In this document: one piece after another, positions 1-11,952 of the stretch
Layout: each line of letters opens with the position of its first letter
Numbering within the stretch: position 1 is the stretch's first letter
Source of the DNA: Octopus sinensis
Lineage: Eukaryota
Assembly: GCF_006345805.1 (NCBI RefSeq)
Contig: NC_043000.1
Location: 121,892,001-121,956,000 of the forward strand
DNA length: 64,000 bases
Reading direction: 5' to 3'
Translations under genes and position numbers: made by a program
Notes under the pieces: model-generated
Told to the model about the DNA's origin: nothing
What the model saw: only the letters and a program-made list of their open reading frames with translations
Database searches by the model: none

Positions 1-126
1 AACTTGTAAAAATGTAGGATTAACAGTTCTGTTTTCTTAATTTTACAGATTATTCGGCTTTGTGGAATGGATGAAACTCGAAACAATGAATTCGATACAT
101 ACACGGAAACTTATAGTAAAATATAC

Positions 127-229
127 TGGATCCGTTTCACGAGTTTTATTTTGCACACACAAGATCCAAATTTTGAACGAAGTACAAAAGTTTCTACTAA
201 CATAACGAATGATTCTGCGTATATACTGT
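127..229 (+). pseudogene. pogo/Tigger-like transposase C-terminal remnant
   Basis: Reads WIRFTSFILHTQDPNFERSTKVSTNITNDSAYIL*, resembling the Tigger1 C-terminal motif (EAQDPNVERYTKVAAAVQNAIQCY, recalled from memory). A homologous copy lies on the minus strand at 1469-1560. Confidence 0.55.
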
Positions 230-238
230 AATATAATC

Positions 239-670
239 TTTTACTCTTTTACTTGTTTCAGTCATGTGATTGAGGCCATGCTGGAGCACCGCATTTAGTC
301 GAGCAAATCAACTCCAGGACTTATTCTTTGTAAGCCTAGTACTTATTCTATCGGTCTCTTTTGCCGAGCCGCTATGTTACCGGGACGTAAACACACCAAC
401 ATCGGTTGTCAAGCGATGTTGGGGTGACAAACACAGACACAAACATATACACACACATACATATGTAAATACGATGGGTTTCTTTCAGTTTCCGTCTACC
501 AAATCCACTCACAAGTATTTGGTCGGCCCGAGACTATAGTAGAATACACTTGCCCAAGGTGCCACACAGTGAGACTGAACCCGGAACAATGTGGTTGGTA
601 AGTATGCTACTTACCACATTGCCACTCCTACGCCTACAAGCTACTTACCATACAGCCACTCCTACGCCTA
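239..670 (-). mobile_element. tRNA-derived SINE, family A (Octopus-type, CORE-like body)
   Basis: Minus strand has a tRNA-like head (A-box-like TGGCTGTATGG, B-box-like GGGTTCAGTC), a CCTTGGGCAAGTGT core and an ...AAGTAAAAGAGTAAAAG tail. Five further near full-length homologues occur in the window. Confidence 0.92.
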
Positions 671-1359
671 TTTATTATCTTCAGTGAAATTTTCAGCATC
701 TTTCTTAGATGGGGTTGATTGTTATGTTACTTGTGCATTTGAAACTTGCGTTTTAATACTATAACGTAAGAATTTGACGAAAGTAAAATAATTCCGGAGA
801 ATAATTGGCAAATTATTTTTAAAATACCATATTGTTTATGAACCAATAAGTAAAACCGAGATATCTTTCATCTTTTAGTTCTTTATTTTTTTTAAATATC
901 ATTGGACTGTGACCATGGTGTTGGAAGAACTTGAAATAATTTAGTTAAACGAATTCGCCCCAATGCATATTATTTCAATCTGGTACTTATTCTATTGGGC
1001 ACTATTGCTAATTTATATGTATGTAAAGAATCCAACAGCGGCCATTAAGCGGTGAGGAACAAACAGTCAAAAACGATCACTTACATAGACATACTCACAT
1101 ATTATATACATCAATAATTTCCTATAGTGCCAGCGTTATAAATCGTAATTCGTTCCCAGAAAAATATTTTAACTGGAAAATTTATGAAAGTAGTAAATAA
1201 ATGTCAACAAAACAAGAGAAGAAAGTAAAGAATATTTTATGGAAAGAAAAAGAATGCCAAGATCAGTTATAATAAAAATTATTATTAATATAATCATTTC
1301 TGAATTATTTTCAGTTGCACTTGACTTGCATACCCTATACTTTGTAGACGAGATCACCG

Positions 1360-1580
1360 ATTCACAAGCACTCGTAGACGGACCTGTAGATTTCCTTTTC
1401 AAAACCAAGTCTAGAGTTGTTTGCTTAGAAGAAGCTTCTTTTTTGATCTCTATAAACTTGTCGCTAACACGCAGAATAATTTGTTATAGTAGTAGAAACT
1501 TTTTCACTTCCTTCAAAATTTGGATTTTGTGCTTGGAAAATGAAACTCGTAAAGCAGATCTTCGTAAAATGACGTATTAC
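1360..1580 (-). pseudogene. pogo/Tigger-like transposase C-terminal remnant
   Basis: Minus strand reads RHFTKICFTSFIFQAQNPNFEGSEKVSTTITNYSAC and then, after a frameshift, DKFIEIKKEASSKQTTLDLVLKRK. This matches the Tigger-type ending (QDPN.ER..KV...EKKR.TTQTSLD.FFK). Confidence 0.6.
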
Positions 1581-1606
1581 CGTATATATATTTACACATT
1601 TGCACT

Positions 1607-1696
<90 letters not shown>

Positions 1697-4550
1697 GCAT
1701 GTATATATATATATATATATTACATCTATCTAATCTATTATCTATATCTCGTCTAGCTCTATGCATATGCCTACTAAATTCATTCACAAGGTATTATTCG
1801 GCCTAGGAATTTAATGGAAGACACCTGCCAGATTTGTCAATGGGGTGTGAGGTAAGTTGTTCTACCTGTCTATGAGCTTCAGTTGTTTGAACACCAGGCG
1901 CTCCGAGAGACCGATCTCTACCTGGCTAATTCGCAGACTGCCGGCAAATCCAAACTGTTTGTGCGTTAAGTATGTGAGGACGATAATGTTTATTTTACTA
2001 ACACTCCTATTTTCTATTTGAATTTATTCTTACGTATGTCCTGGCGTATTTGCACACTGTTTACACACACTATGCATATAAGACATGGACTGGCAGTATG
2101 ATTTACCTCCGATTTGGTTTCCGTACATGATTTTGATAAGCCGCGTAATTAGTGAATTATCGCTCCTGAACTGGATCTGTGGTGGCGCCCCGCCAGTCCA
2201 CGACTTTCATCGTTGTTACTTATTTTGCCAGTATCACTTGAAAAGGAAAGTGAGAGTAGAGAGGCAAGTTTTGTCTAGCGAATGCTTAAAAAATGATGGG
2301 TGAATATAGCAAGGCTGGCAAGTATGAATGACGAAGCCACCTTGAGCATAATCCTATGAACCCGGAAAACTTTAAAACAGAGGGTAACCTACTTGCAACC
2401 AAATGTGTTAACATGCGGCATTATTGACCGAGGTTACCGTGATCTTTTCCGTAGACTCTTCTTTCCACGGATAAACCCCATCTGCTTCCCCCTTTACGCT
2501 TTACATCGTGACATTTCTGTGATACACGATCCCTATTGATCGATTTTTCTTATTTTTTCCTTTCTTTCCCTTTTACGATCCCTTTTGATCGAAAACCTAC
2601 CCCACTTTTTTTGTCCCTATAAAGAAAAGCTCTACTTTATAATCTGTCCCCTCTGTGTGCAGCCCTGCGTGGCTAATAAAGAAACAGATTACTTGTTTTG
2701 CCAGAGGGAAATTCCTCATTTTCATATTTCTGGTATACGGGAAATGATATCAATTTTTTCAAAGATCCAGATGTTTGTGCTCTAATACATCATATTTAGT
2801 TAACAAATTAAACGATTTCAATGTTATCTCTTCAGTTATACAGGTATATAGTTAACTAAATCACATCTAACAGCATATATCATTCGTTCTAACCTTATTA
2901 AGACAGACACATTTTAATTAAAATAACTGCAAAATGTAGTTGCACAACATGTTGAGATTATTTAACTCACAACCGTTTCATATGACTTCCTTATGCCTTG
3001 AGCGACCATTGTTGATATATGTTGCATTGTCCTCTAGAGTCGCTCAGCATTATAAAGAATTCTTTTACTTATGTAAGGTTTCCAGTAATCTTCATGTAAT
3101 CAAGTGTAACAGAAATGCAACGTTCAGCTTGACAAGAAGAGATAAAAGTTGTGCAATCGTTTATACAGTTTTGACATAATTTTAATTAAAAGTAGGAATA
3201 AAAAAAAAAGTATCAATCTACAACATATATCATTTAAAGATATCAGACCATATGAAATCATATTACAAAATTTGAACCAAATGTAAATAAAAGCGTCATA
3301 TATTTCGAACAGTTACCATATTGTACCTGATGAATAATTATGAAAAGTTAGCTCTCTTAAATCAAATTGAATGAATGGGTTTCTGAAAGAGTTATTCTGA
3401 TATCAATGAACACTAAAGTCGTCTGTTTAAATAAAACAATCATAACTTTAGCTAAATAACTGAATATCTCCAGTATCATCAATAATTAATTTGGTATCGA
3501 GGAAAGAAGTCATATCAGAAATGAAGTATAAATATTTCACTGGGAAGTGACACTGGCATATTACACTCTGACCAATCGTAATGATTTGTGTATTTACTCA
3601 ATGATTTCATTTATTAACACATTACCTACAAAGTAAAGTATATTTATGGCTGTACAATGTGTGAAGTTATTTCGTATCCTATAGTTCATTGGTGATTTTT
3701 TAAAATTAAACTTAGACTGTGACAGAATTTACGACATGTAATTCTTAATAGTGCACATTAGGTTTTAAATTTGGTTGGAATCTCCTTAGCCTTCCGTCTC
3801 TCTTGTTTCTATAAAATAAGACATAAGAAATTAACTGATTTGGATCACATTAACTAAGTCCTACGCCAAAGTGTGTGACATTGTACCTCTGAGGATTCTT
3901 ATTTTATTAGAAAATATAAAATAGTGGTAATGCAGAAAAGAAAGACTATTGGATTTTATGCAACAAAATGTTGGTTTTACCCAAATTTATTCTGTGTTTT
4001 AAATATGTATAGATACTTTTTGACTTTGTGTTTATCGAGCTACAATAAACTGCTTCAACATCAAACATTTTAAAAATATAATACTATATTTTTTCCTCTA
4101 TTTTCGCCAGTGTAAGACTAAAAGACAACGATATATATTTTTATGCGTGAGTCATCTATGAAAATAATCATGCTAAATACAAATTCTATATCATAAATTA
4201 TAAAATATTTATTTCTGGATAACGAATTTGCATTCACATGATTTCGTCATCTAACATTCCAGAAACTGAAATTATTAAAGTAGTGTAAGCTGATAAAAGA
4301 AAACTGCTCTTGCACAAATTTATGAAACGGTTATAGAGCATAAATACAAAATAAACCCAGGTTAGTTACATCAATTCATCTAGGGTTAAAAAGAAAATCA
4401 TATAAGCTTACATTTCTACCTCAAAATCTATGCATCTTAATCTACGCTCAAAAACCCTATTAAATAAAAAATGGACTGCAATGAAGCCGCTGGTAAAAAA
4501 TATATTTGATCAAAACAAAAGTAAGTGCGACACCTGTCATATTTCAATTA

Positions 4551-4880
4551 AAAAAAAAAGACTCCGCCGGTTACGACGACGAGGATCCCAGCTGATACGA
4601 TCAACGGAACAGCTTGCTCGTGAAATTAACGTGCAAATGGCTGAGCATTCCACAGACACGTGTACCCTTAACGTAGTTCTCGGGGATAATCAGCGTGACA
4701 CAGAGAGTGACAAGGCTGACCCTTTGAAATACAAGTACAACTCCTTTTTGCCAGCTGAGTGGACTGGAGCAACGTGAAATAAAGTGTCTTGCTCAAGGAC
4801 ACAACGCGTCGCCGGCAATCGAACTCACAACCTTACGATCATGAGCCGAATGCCCTAACCACTAAGCCACGCGCCCTCAC
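4551..4880 (-). mobile_element. full-length tRNA-derived SINE, family C, with 13-bp TSD
   Basis: A-box TGGCTTAGTGG and B-box GAGTTCGATT, with core GTGTCCTTGAGCAAGACACTTTATTTCAC. TSD CATATTTCAATTA at 4538-4550 and 4881-4893. Confidence 0.92.
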
Positions 4881-5788
4881 CATATTTCAATTACGCCAAA
4901 GATGAACTGTTACTTCAGTACGCATATATGTCAATATGGCTTTGTTATACACAGGGAATGAAATCCGACAAGATCGAAATGAAAAGATGTACCGGTTTTC
5001 TTTGTTTCAGATTCATTAATTATAATCTATAACTAAACCTTAAATATACTCTTTCTTATATTTATGACGGTACCTTACTATATGTACGTAATTTTTCAGA
5101 GATTTGACTTCTATAACTAGCATATCAAAAAGGTTTTACGCTGTGACTCTTACGGCAGACTGACTTCAATTTATTTGCAAATGGCTACTGATCACATGTG
5201 TAAAACAATAATTTTATTTTACTGCGTTTGGAATCAACATAGATTACACAATTTATGAAAATTATTTCTTACATTTGTCCAAATTTGCCACGATGGAGTT
5301 ATCCATTTAAATATCATATTACCTCATGGTGATTCGCCTATGAATAAACCTGGATTTAACTTGCAATGAAACTAATGTTGAAAGTGCTTATATTTTCTTA
5401 TTTTGTTTTTCTCAAGTGTAATACGTTACTACGACAAACAATCAAAACACGTACTTTTCCTCCTTTTTATGGCGGGGAGGGGAGGTTTGAGATTGAAGGA
5501 AATAGAAATGAATTTATGGAAATCTTTACTCGTTCTAAAACGGAAACTGGCATGTGCTAAATCGAGTCGATATAAATGAGTTGCCTCTTGCACGCTGTCG
5601 TTTCATTAGTCAGATATAACAGCTAAAATGACCTGAAATCAAATCTTAACTGAGAAGATATGCGTAAACTGAAGCGAATATCTCTACACCATAGTCATAT
5701 ATACAGCTTTCTGCTCTCTCTCTCTCTCAAGTGGCTGTTTAGAAATAATCTTGCTTCCCAAACACGTGGTCCCGAGGTCATTCTATAC

Positions 5789-5846
5789 CCTCGGACCGAG
5801 GAATTGTGAGTGGATTTTGTAGACGGATACTGAAAGAAGACCATCG

Positions 5847-5894
<48 letters not shown>

Positions 5895-5930
5895 TGTGTG
5901 TGTGTATGTGTGTGTGTGTCTGTGTGTGTG
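5789..5930 (+). mobile_element. SINE family A internal fragment running into (TA)n/(TG)n
   Basis: TTGTGAGTGGATTTTGTAGACGGATACTGAAAGAAG matches the family A body just before its internal microsatellite. Confidence 0.7.
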
Positions 5931-5932
5931 CG

Positions 5933-6200
5933 TAGGTACATGGCCTAGTGGTTAGAGCAGCGGTCGAGGTATCGCGAGTTCGAATCTTAGACCGGACGAT
6001 GTGTGTGTGTTTATGAGTGAAACACATAAGCTCCAGACGGCTCCGGCAGAAGGTAATGGCGAATATCTGTTGAATCTTTCGCCACAACTTTCTCTCACTC
6101 CTCCTGCATCTTGCAATTCACCTGCGACGGACCGGCTCCCCGTCCAGGTGGGGAAACTATACGCCAAGGAAACCGGGAAACCGCCCCTATCCTCCACAAG
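5933..6200 (+). mobile_element. tRNA-derived SINE, family D
   Basis: A-box TGGCCTAGTGG and B-box GAGTTCGAATC. The body is homologous to 59924-60134 (minus strand). Confidence 0.85.
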
Positions 6201-6255
6201 GGGCAAAAAGGATAAAAAAGAAGGTATATGTACATATATCTATAGATATATATGC

Positions 6256-6320
<65 letters not shown>

Positions 6321-6564
6321 GCGAGAAAGAAGCAACAAGAATGGATAGTTTTTTAGTACAATCGTTTCATACAAGGACAGGCTTTATTAAAAGTTGTCCT
6401 TGTATGAAACGATTGTACTAAAAACCTATCCATTCTTGTTGCTTCTTTCTCGCTTATAATCACCCCACATTACTGTATTGTTAAAACAGTATAGTTTTTT
6501 TTGGTGCATCTAAGTTAGGTACCATATTCAAGTAAATTCATTTAAATTAACTGAATCTTTATTG

Positions 6565-6567
<3 letters not shown>
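6321..6567. mobile_element. (TA)n-embedded fold-back element (59-bp arms plus one-sided tail)
   Basis: Arms 6321-6379 and 6395-6453 are reverse complements with 1 mismatch. Unique tail 6454-6567; (TA)n on both sides. Confidence 0.8.
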
Positions 6568-6659
<92 letters not shown>

Positions 6660-7310
6660 AGGTAAATAATGGACATGTAACTAAACAGTTAGGTACATAG
6701 GTGATACAAAGAAACAAGCGAGCACACACGCACAACTCACAGAAACAAACGGAAACACATGACCATACACACACACATATTCCCATACACAGAAATGCAC
6801 ATATGGAGACAGACACGAATACATAACAGATGCACATATATGGTCACATAAGTACAACGACATGCAGAATACATACACACAGACATACATTTATACCCAC
6901 CATACATACATATATACATAGACTCACATACATACGTATATTAATATGCAAATACACAAGCACACATGCACACTGAGGCATACGCATGCGCACAAACAAA
7001 CAAATAATGATACAGATCTCATAAGTGACAGTCAATATTCATTGACAAAGTTGCAAAAAGCAACGGAAATTTTAGAAGGAAATTTATAAATGATAAATTA
7101 GTGGAAGTCAAATCAATGTGTATGTCTGAATATAAGGCGTTACGATAATTTGACACTCTACAGACACAATATAATATGATTCAACACCCGAGTTCACATA
7201 AAGAATCTTGCAAACCAGATACAAAAGTGATGTGTGTCTAATCACATACACGCACACACACACACACGCACATACACACACACACACATATATATATAAT
7301 ATATAATATA

Positions 7311-7390
<80 letters not shown>

Positions 7391-7440
7391 GAGAGAGAGA
7401 GATAAGTAGATAGATAGATACATAGATAGACATTAATTTA

Positions 7441-7636
7441 TTCTTTTACTTGTTTCAGTCATCCAATTGCAACCATGCTGGAGTACTCATTATTCGAAGA
7501 AATCGACCCCAGAACTTATTCTTTATAAGCCTAATACTACGTAAGTCGGTCTCTTTGTATAAGCGCTTCATTACCGCCACGTAAAAACATCAACATCAAT
7601 TGTCAAACGATGGTGTGGGGACGCACAGATACACAA

Positions 7637-7708
<72 letters not shown>

Positions 7709-7900
7709 TGTGTGTGTGTATACATATATATACACAAAGTGGCTTCTTTCGGTTTCCGTCTACCAAATCCAATCATGTCTTTGGTCGGCTCTAGGTTATA
7801 GTAGCAGGCACATGACTACGAGCTGGAACACAGTGGGACTGAACCGCGGAGTCATGTGATTGGGAACAAGCTTCTGACCACACCACCACGCCTGCGCCTA
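7441..7900 (-). mobile_element. SINE family A (diverged)
   Basis: Full head-core-microsatellite-tail organisation, homologous to 239-670. Confidence 0.88.
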
Positions 7901-8641
7901 TAAATGTGTGTGTGTGTGTGAGTGTGTGTGTGTGTGTGTGAGTGTGTATTAAGATTCCTATTACATGAGAGATAACTAACGATATAAACTTCGAGAACAT
8001 TCCGTAGAGAGTTAGTGAAGGACTTTCACAAAGGCCCGTACTCATGTTTTGAACTCTACACGTATGTTTACTTAAGATGGCGCACCTCATTATTGTCTTA
8101 TACAGTTGTTATCTTTACATATTAACAAGCTCTACTAGTGACCCATGGGCGGAGCTGTTAATCATACATGAACGAAAATAATCATACATGAACGAAAATA
8201 TTGGAAACCAAATTTTCCCCATCCACTGGCCATACGTTTCGAATAGCTCGCTCAAATATACGCACACGTGTATACCCACACATATATAGCAAGATAAATA
8301 CATTGATAGATAAATAGAGAGTGAGGTTTATAGAGAGAGATTTGCATAGATGAGTGTATATTGTGTTATTGGACAAGTTTAGATTGTAGCTAAGAATCAC
8401 CACTTTTGATAAATCAATACGTCATAGGAATCGCGATATTTTGAGATACTAAATGCAATTAAATTATTTTTGAGTATAACTGTACGATACCGACGTTTGG
8501 AATAAATTTGATTAATGAAATATGACGTCAAAGAATAAGAAGCATTTAGTTTATGTTACGTAGAACATAAATATCAAACTGCTCCATAAAAGAGGTTTTT
8601 AAAATACACTCGCAATTCGTCGTAAATTTTGTAAGTATATA

Positions 8642-8748
8642 TTGGTTCATCCCATAGAAAACGCGGTTTTCTGTATACTTCTTTTATTTTTCAAAATTAA
8701 TATAAACAAAGTTCTTTTTTAATCTAAAACATACTCTCCTTCATTTTA
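8642..8748 (-). mobile_element. mariner element 3' end with TIR
   Basis: Minus strand ends NEGEYVLD*, then a 3' UTR and TIR ...GGGATGAACCAA-TA. Homologous to 47170-47261. Confidence 0.75.
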
Positions 8749-8759
8749 TGTAATCCATC

Positions 8760-10130
8760 CTCTTATCTGGTAGACTTGCAAGACACCTCTTCCTTTGAGT
8801 TCCATGCCTTGATATTGGTTCATCTGGAAGTCAAGATGGTTTTCGAACAAAAACTGCATCTACGCCATGAAGATGCTGTGGGTCTAGAGGGCTGAGTACA
8901 AATGTTCTCCATAGGACCAGGATAGTTTCTTGGGCCCTTGTCCTGAAGGTTCCCAGAGCCTACCCGATCATTCGTCTGCGCAATGCCACCAATGGTTATA
9001 TGCATATGAAATGAGGAATCGTTGCTTATATTAGTCCTCGGACTACGTAACTCTACGATTGCCGCTCGATTTGGATCAAAGTATCGTTGTCGCGTCTCCT
9101 AACAACCAATTAGCTGGTGCCAGAGGAGCTTGGAATTTACATTCATTAAGTTGTTTTCTGCAGCCCTTTTATATATGGTATTTATATCTTTCTGTAAGAG
9201 ATTAGTATCAGAATGTTCCTCGACTGCTTATACTAGTTTAATGTTGTCGGCACAGTTAGTAATTATGGCTGATTGTAATCTGTGTAACTGACTGCATCTC
9301 TGAAAGACCCACCATGAACAGCAGCGGCCCCAATACAGTTCCGTGAGGCGCCCTACTCTCACTTAATGTCTCCTTGGGGAGAGTTCCTTTGGCTGCCACA
9401 GCCTGGCTTCTTACTTTTAGCACGTCATGCAACCTGTCTCCCACTTTTCCAGCTATGCCAAGTTTCCGTAGCTCATGATTATTATTCCCATGATCAATCT
9501 TATCAAAGGCCTTGGCAAAATCGGGATATTTCACGTTCACGTTTGAGCGCTTGATTAATTGTTTCAATACACAGTCATAATCCTGCAAAAATTGGGGAAC
9601 GGAGCTTCTTCCTGAGCAGGAGACATGACGGGTGTCAGGGAGCAAGTTATTATCTTCAAACAACGCAGTCAGTTACTTCTTGACGACGCATTTCATGAAT
9701 TGGGCGGGGTTTAGATAGACAATAACTTTTAGCATCTGTTCTGCTATCTCCTTCATGGATAGGACATATGCATTCATTTAACTTTTTAGGAAGTCTTCCA
9801 GTTGCCAGAAAGCTTTGGAAAAGAATCTAAAGGAATCGTATTACAGCGCCTTTGCATTTCTTTAAGATGATTGTTGGGAATTCCTCTGGGCATGTGGGTA
9901 GATTTGAGCTCATTTCGTCAATGCCTGATATCACGTTTTCTTTATTTTGATGCTAGCAATAATTGCCATTTCTTTCTATAGAGGAGTGGTGATGAAGCGT
10001 TCATAGGATTTGAGGATTACGTTTCAAGTAATATTTCTGATTCTAACGCCCTTGGCCATGTAGTCAGTGCGGGTAGAGATCTATAGTGTGTATTTGCGTA
10101 ACAATTACTGCGGTTGATTCTTCAGCAAAA
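8760..10130 (-). mobile_element. decayed non-LTR retrotransposon (CR1/L2-group) reverse transcriptase region
   Basis: ORF 9256-9663 contains YPDFAKAFDKIDHG (LDFAKAFDK motif), LGIAGKV and APHGTVLGPLLF (GVPQG.VLGPLLF motif). A degenerate ADN at the YADD position follows, and flanking frames are broken by stops and frameshifts. Confidence 0.88.
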
Positions 10131-11763
10131 AACTTTCAAGACGATGCCCCAGCTTCGCCGCAGTCTAATAGCTGAAACAAGAAAGAGTTAAAAATTAAAT
10201 TAATGAGATGCATTAAGTGACTCTACGCTGCATGGACATTCGCTACTTTAAATAAATACATTAACACGGCCTTTAATATGGTAGTTCCTGTTATCATAAC
10301 AAAATTCAAATTCAAAGACATTCATTAATGGTTATCATGAAGGCGTTTTTAAATGTATTTATGTTTTATAATTTAAGTTACGATTTCGTGTCAGTTTGTA
10401 AAATTTGTTTTTAATTGCTTTGCGAAATACTACAACTCTTTACTTTTACCTATTTTTCAGATGCTAAGATATATGGGGTCTTTATATGGTTAGTACCTCT
10501 TTTGTGTATAGCTGATATTCAAGGATTGACTGTTTTCATAGTCTGTGATATAAATACTTCAGTTATTTATCACATCAAATATAGCCTATAATTAAATGTA
10601 TGAATCAATTAATCATATAAAGATTATCACTACTACAATTATTAGGTTTTAAACTAATTTTTCATTATCATCCCCCACGTTCCTATAAATTTATATAACA
10701 ATAACAACTCTATAGGTTTTCATCATATTGATCTTTTTCAAAAACAATTTTTATTCCGATTATAAATAACTGTTTTCAAGATAGCTATTTTAAACAATTT
10801 CGACATGTGAATGCATTTGTTGTGAGCTTTCTGATTTTACACAAATCCATCTAACAAACAACTAAACATTTAAGTTGTCGGCAGCTGCTCTTTATTCTTC
10901 AAATTATGGAGATTGGAAACACTTTCATATTATCTGAATATCTGCAGTTTTAAATTTGATTTGACGGAAAAATTTTAATTAAAATAATGAGATTGATTCG
11001 GAGCCAAGTTTCTGACAGAAAATAGCATTATCATAATAACCACTTCATAAATAACTTGAAGATGAAAGATACATCATGTTCTGTGAACGTAAACCAAATG
11101 CAAATCTGTAACACTTTATAAATATACAAAAATGTTTCGGTTTTAGGTGCAAATAATTACCTTCGCCTGCCAAAGTGATGGAAAAAGTAATCATTTTGAA
11201 ATCAGTTATTTACAAAGAATGTTCAGGAGTTTCTTGTGCCTTACTCACAAGGTTTGTCACAAAAATGGATATTCTCATCTAAATTCTAATGCAATGGAAG
11301 CCTGGCGTTAGAATTAGAACTTACTTAATATTATGTGAAGTACCATGGTTGTCAGGATTCCAAATGTTCTTGATCACACTTTTGAATAATAATCATGAAA
11401 AAGGCAAGTCATACTTTGACGAATATTTAAAATTAAGCTATTTGGTTTCCATCACTGTGCGTACATTTGAGCTGATCTATTATTATGGTATACCGTGTTT
11501 TTAAGGGAATACATCAAAGTTGAAATAATGCAAGATTCCAAAATAAATTTATTAGTTTCAGTATATATTATTTTCGTATTTCTATACAGGAAAGAAATAT
11601 ATTGACGACCGTTTTATCATATTCAAATCAAATAAAATAGACGCCTGCCTTCTTAGCTACAACATAGCATTTTCATTTATATGAAATCCATTTATCTTAT
11701 TAATTGATATGTGCGAATATAGTGTGCCATATTTTACTTTAATACAATTCACGATTAATGCCT

Positions 11764-11952
11764 ATTTCTTTACTACACACAAGGGGCTAAACACAGAGAG
11801 GATAAACAAGGACAGACAAATGGATTAAGTCGATTATATCGACCCCAGTGCATAACTAGGACTTATTTAATCGACCCCGAAACGAGAAACGGCAAAGTCG
11901 ACCTCGGCGGAATTTGAACCCAGAACGTAACGTTTCTACCAGCTCGCCGCCT
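11764..11952 (-). mobile_element. tRNA-derived SINE, family B (42-nt internal deletion)
   Basis: B-box-like GGGTTCAAATTCC and body GTCGACTTTGCC...GGGGTCGATTAAATAAG. Aligns with 16561-16792. Confidence 0.9.

Noticed and set aside
2805-2845. Minus-strand CTGAAGA...GAAA hammerhead look-alike
   Set aside because: Stems I and III do not form.
3320-3360. CTGATGA-ATAATTAT-GAAAAG hammerhead look-alike
   Set aside because: Stem II would need a 2-nt loop, and there is no valid NUH site or stem I.
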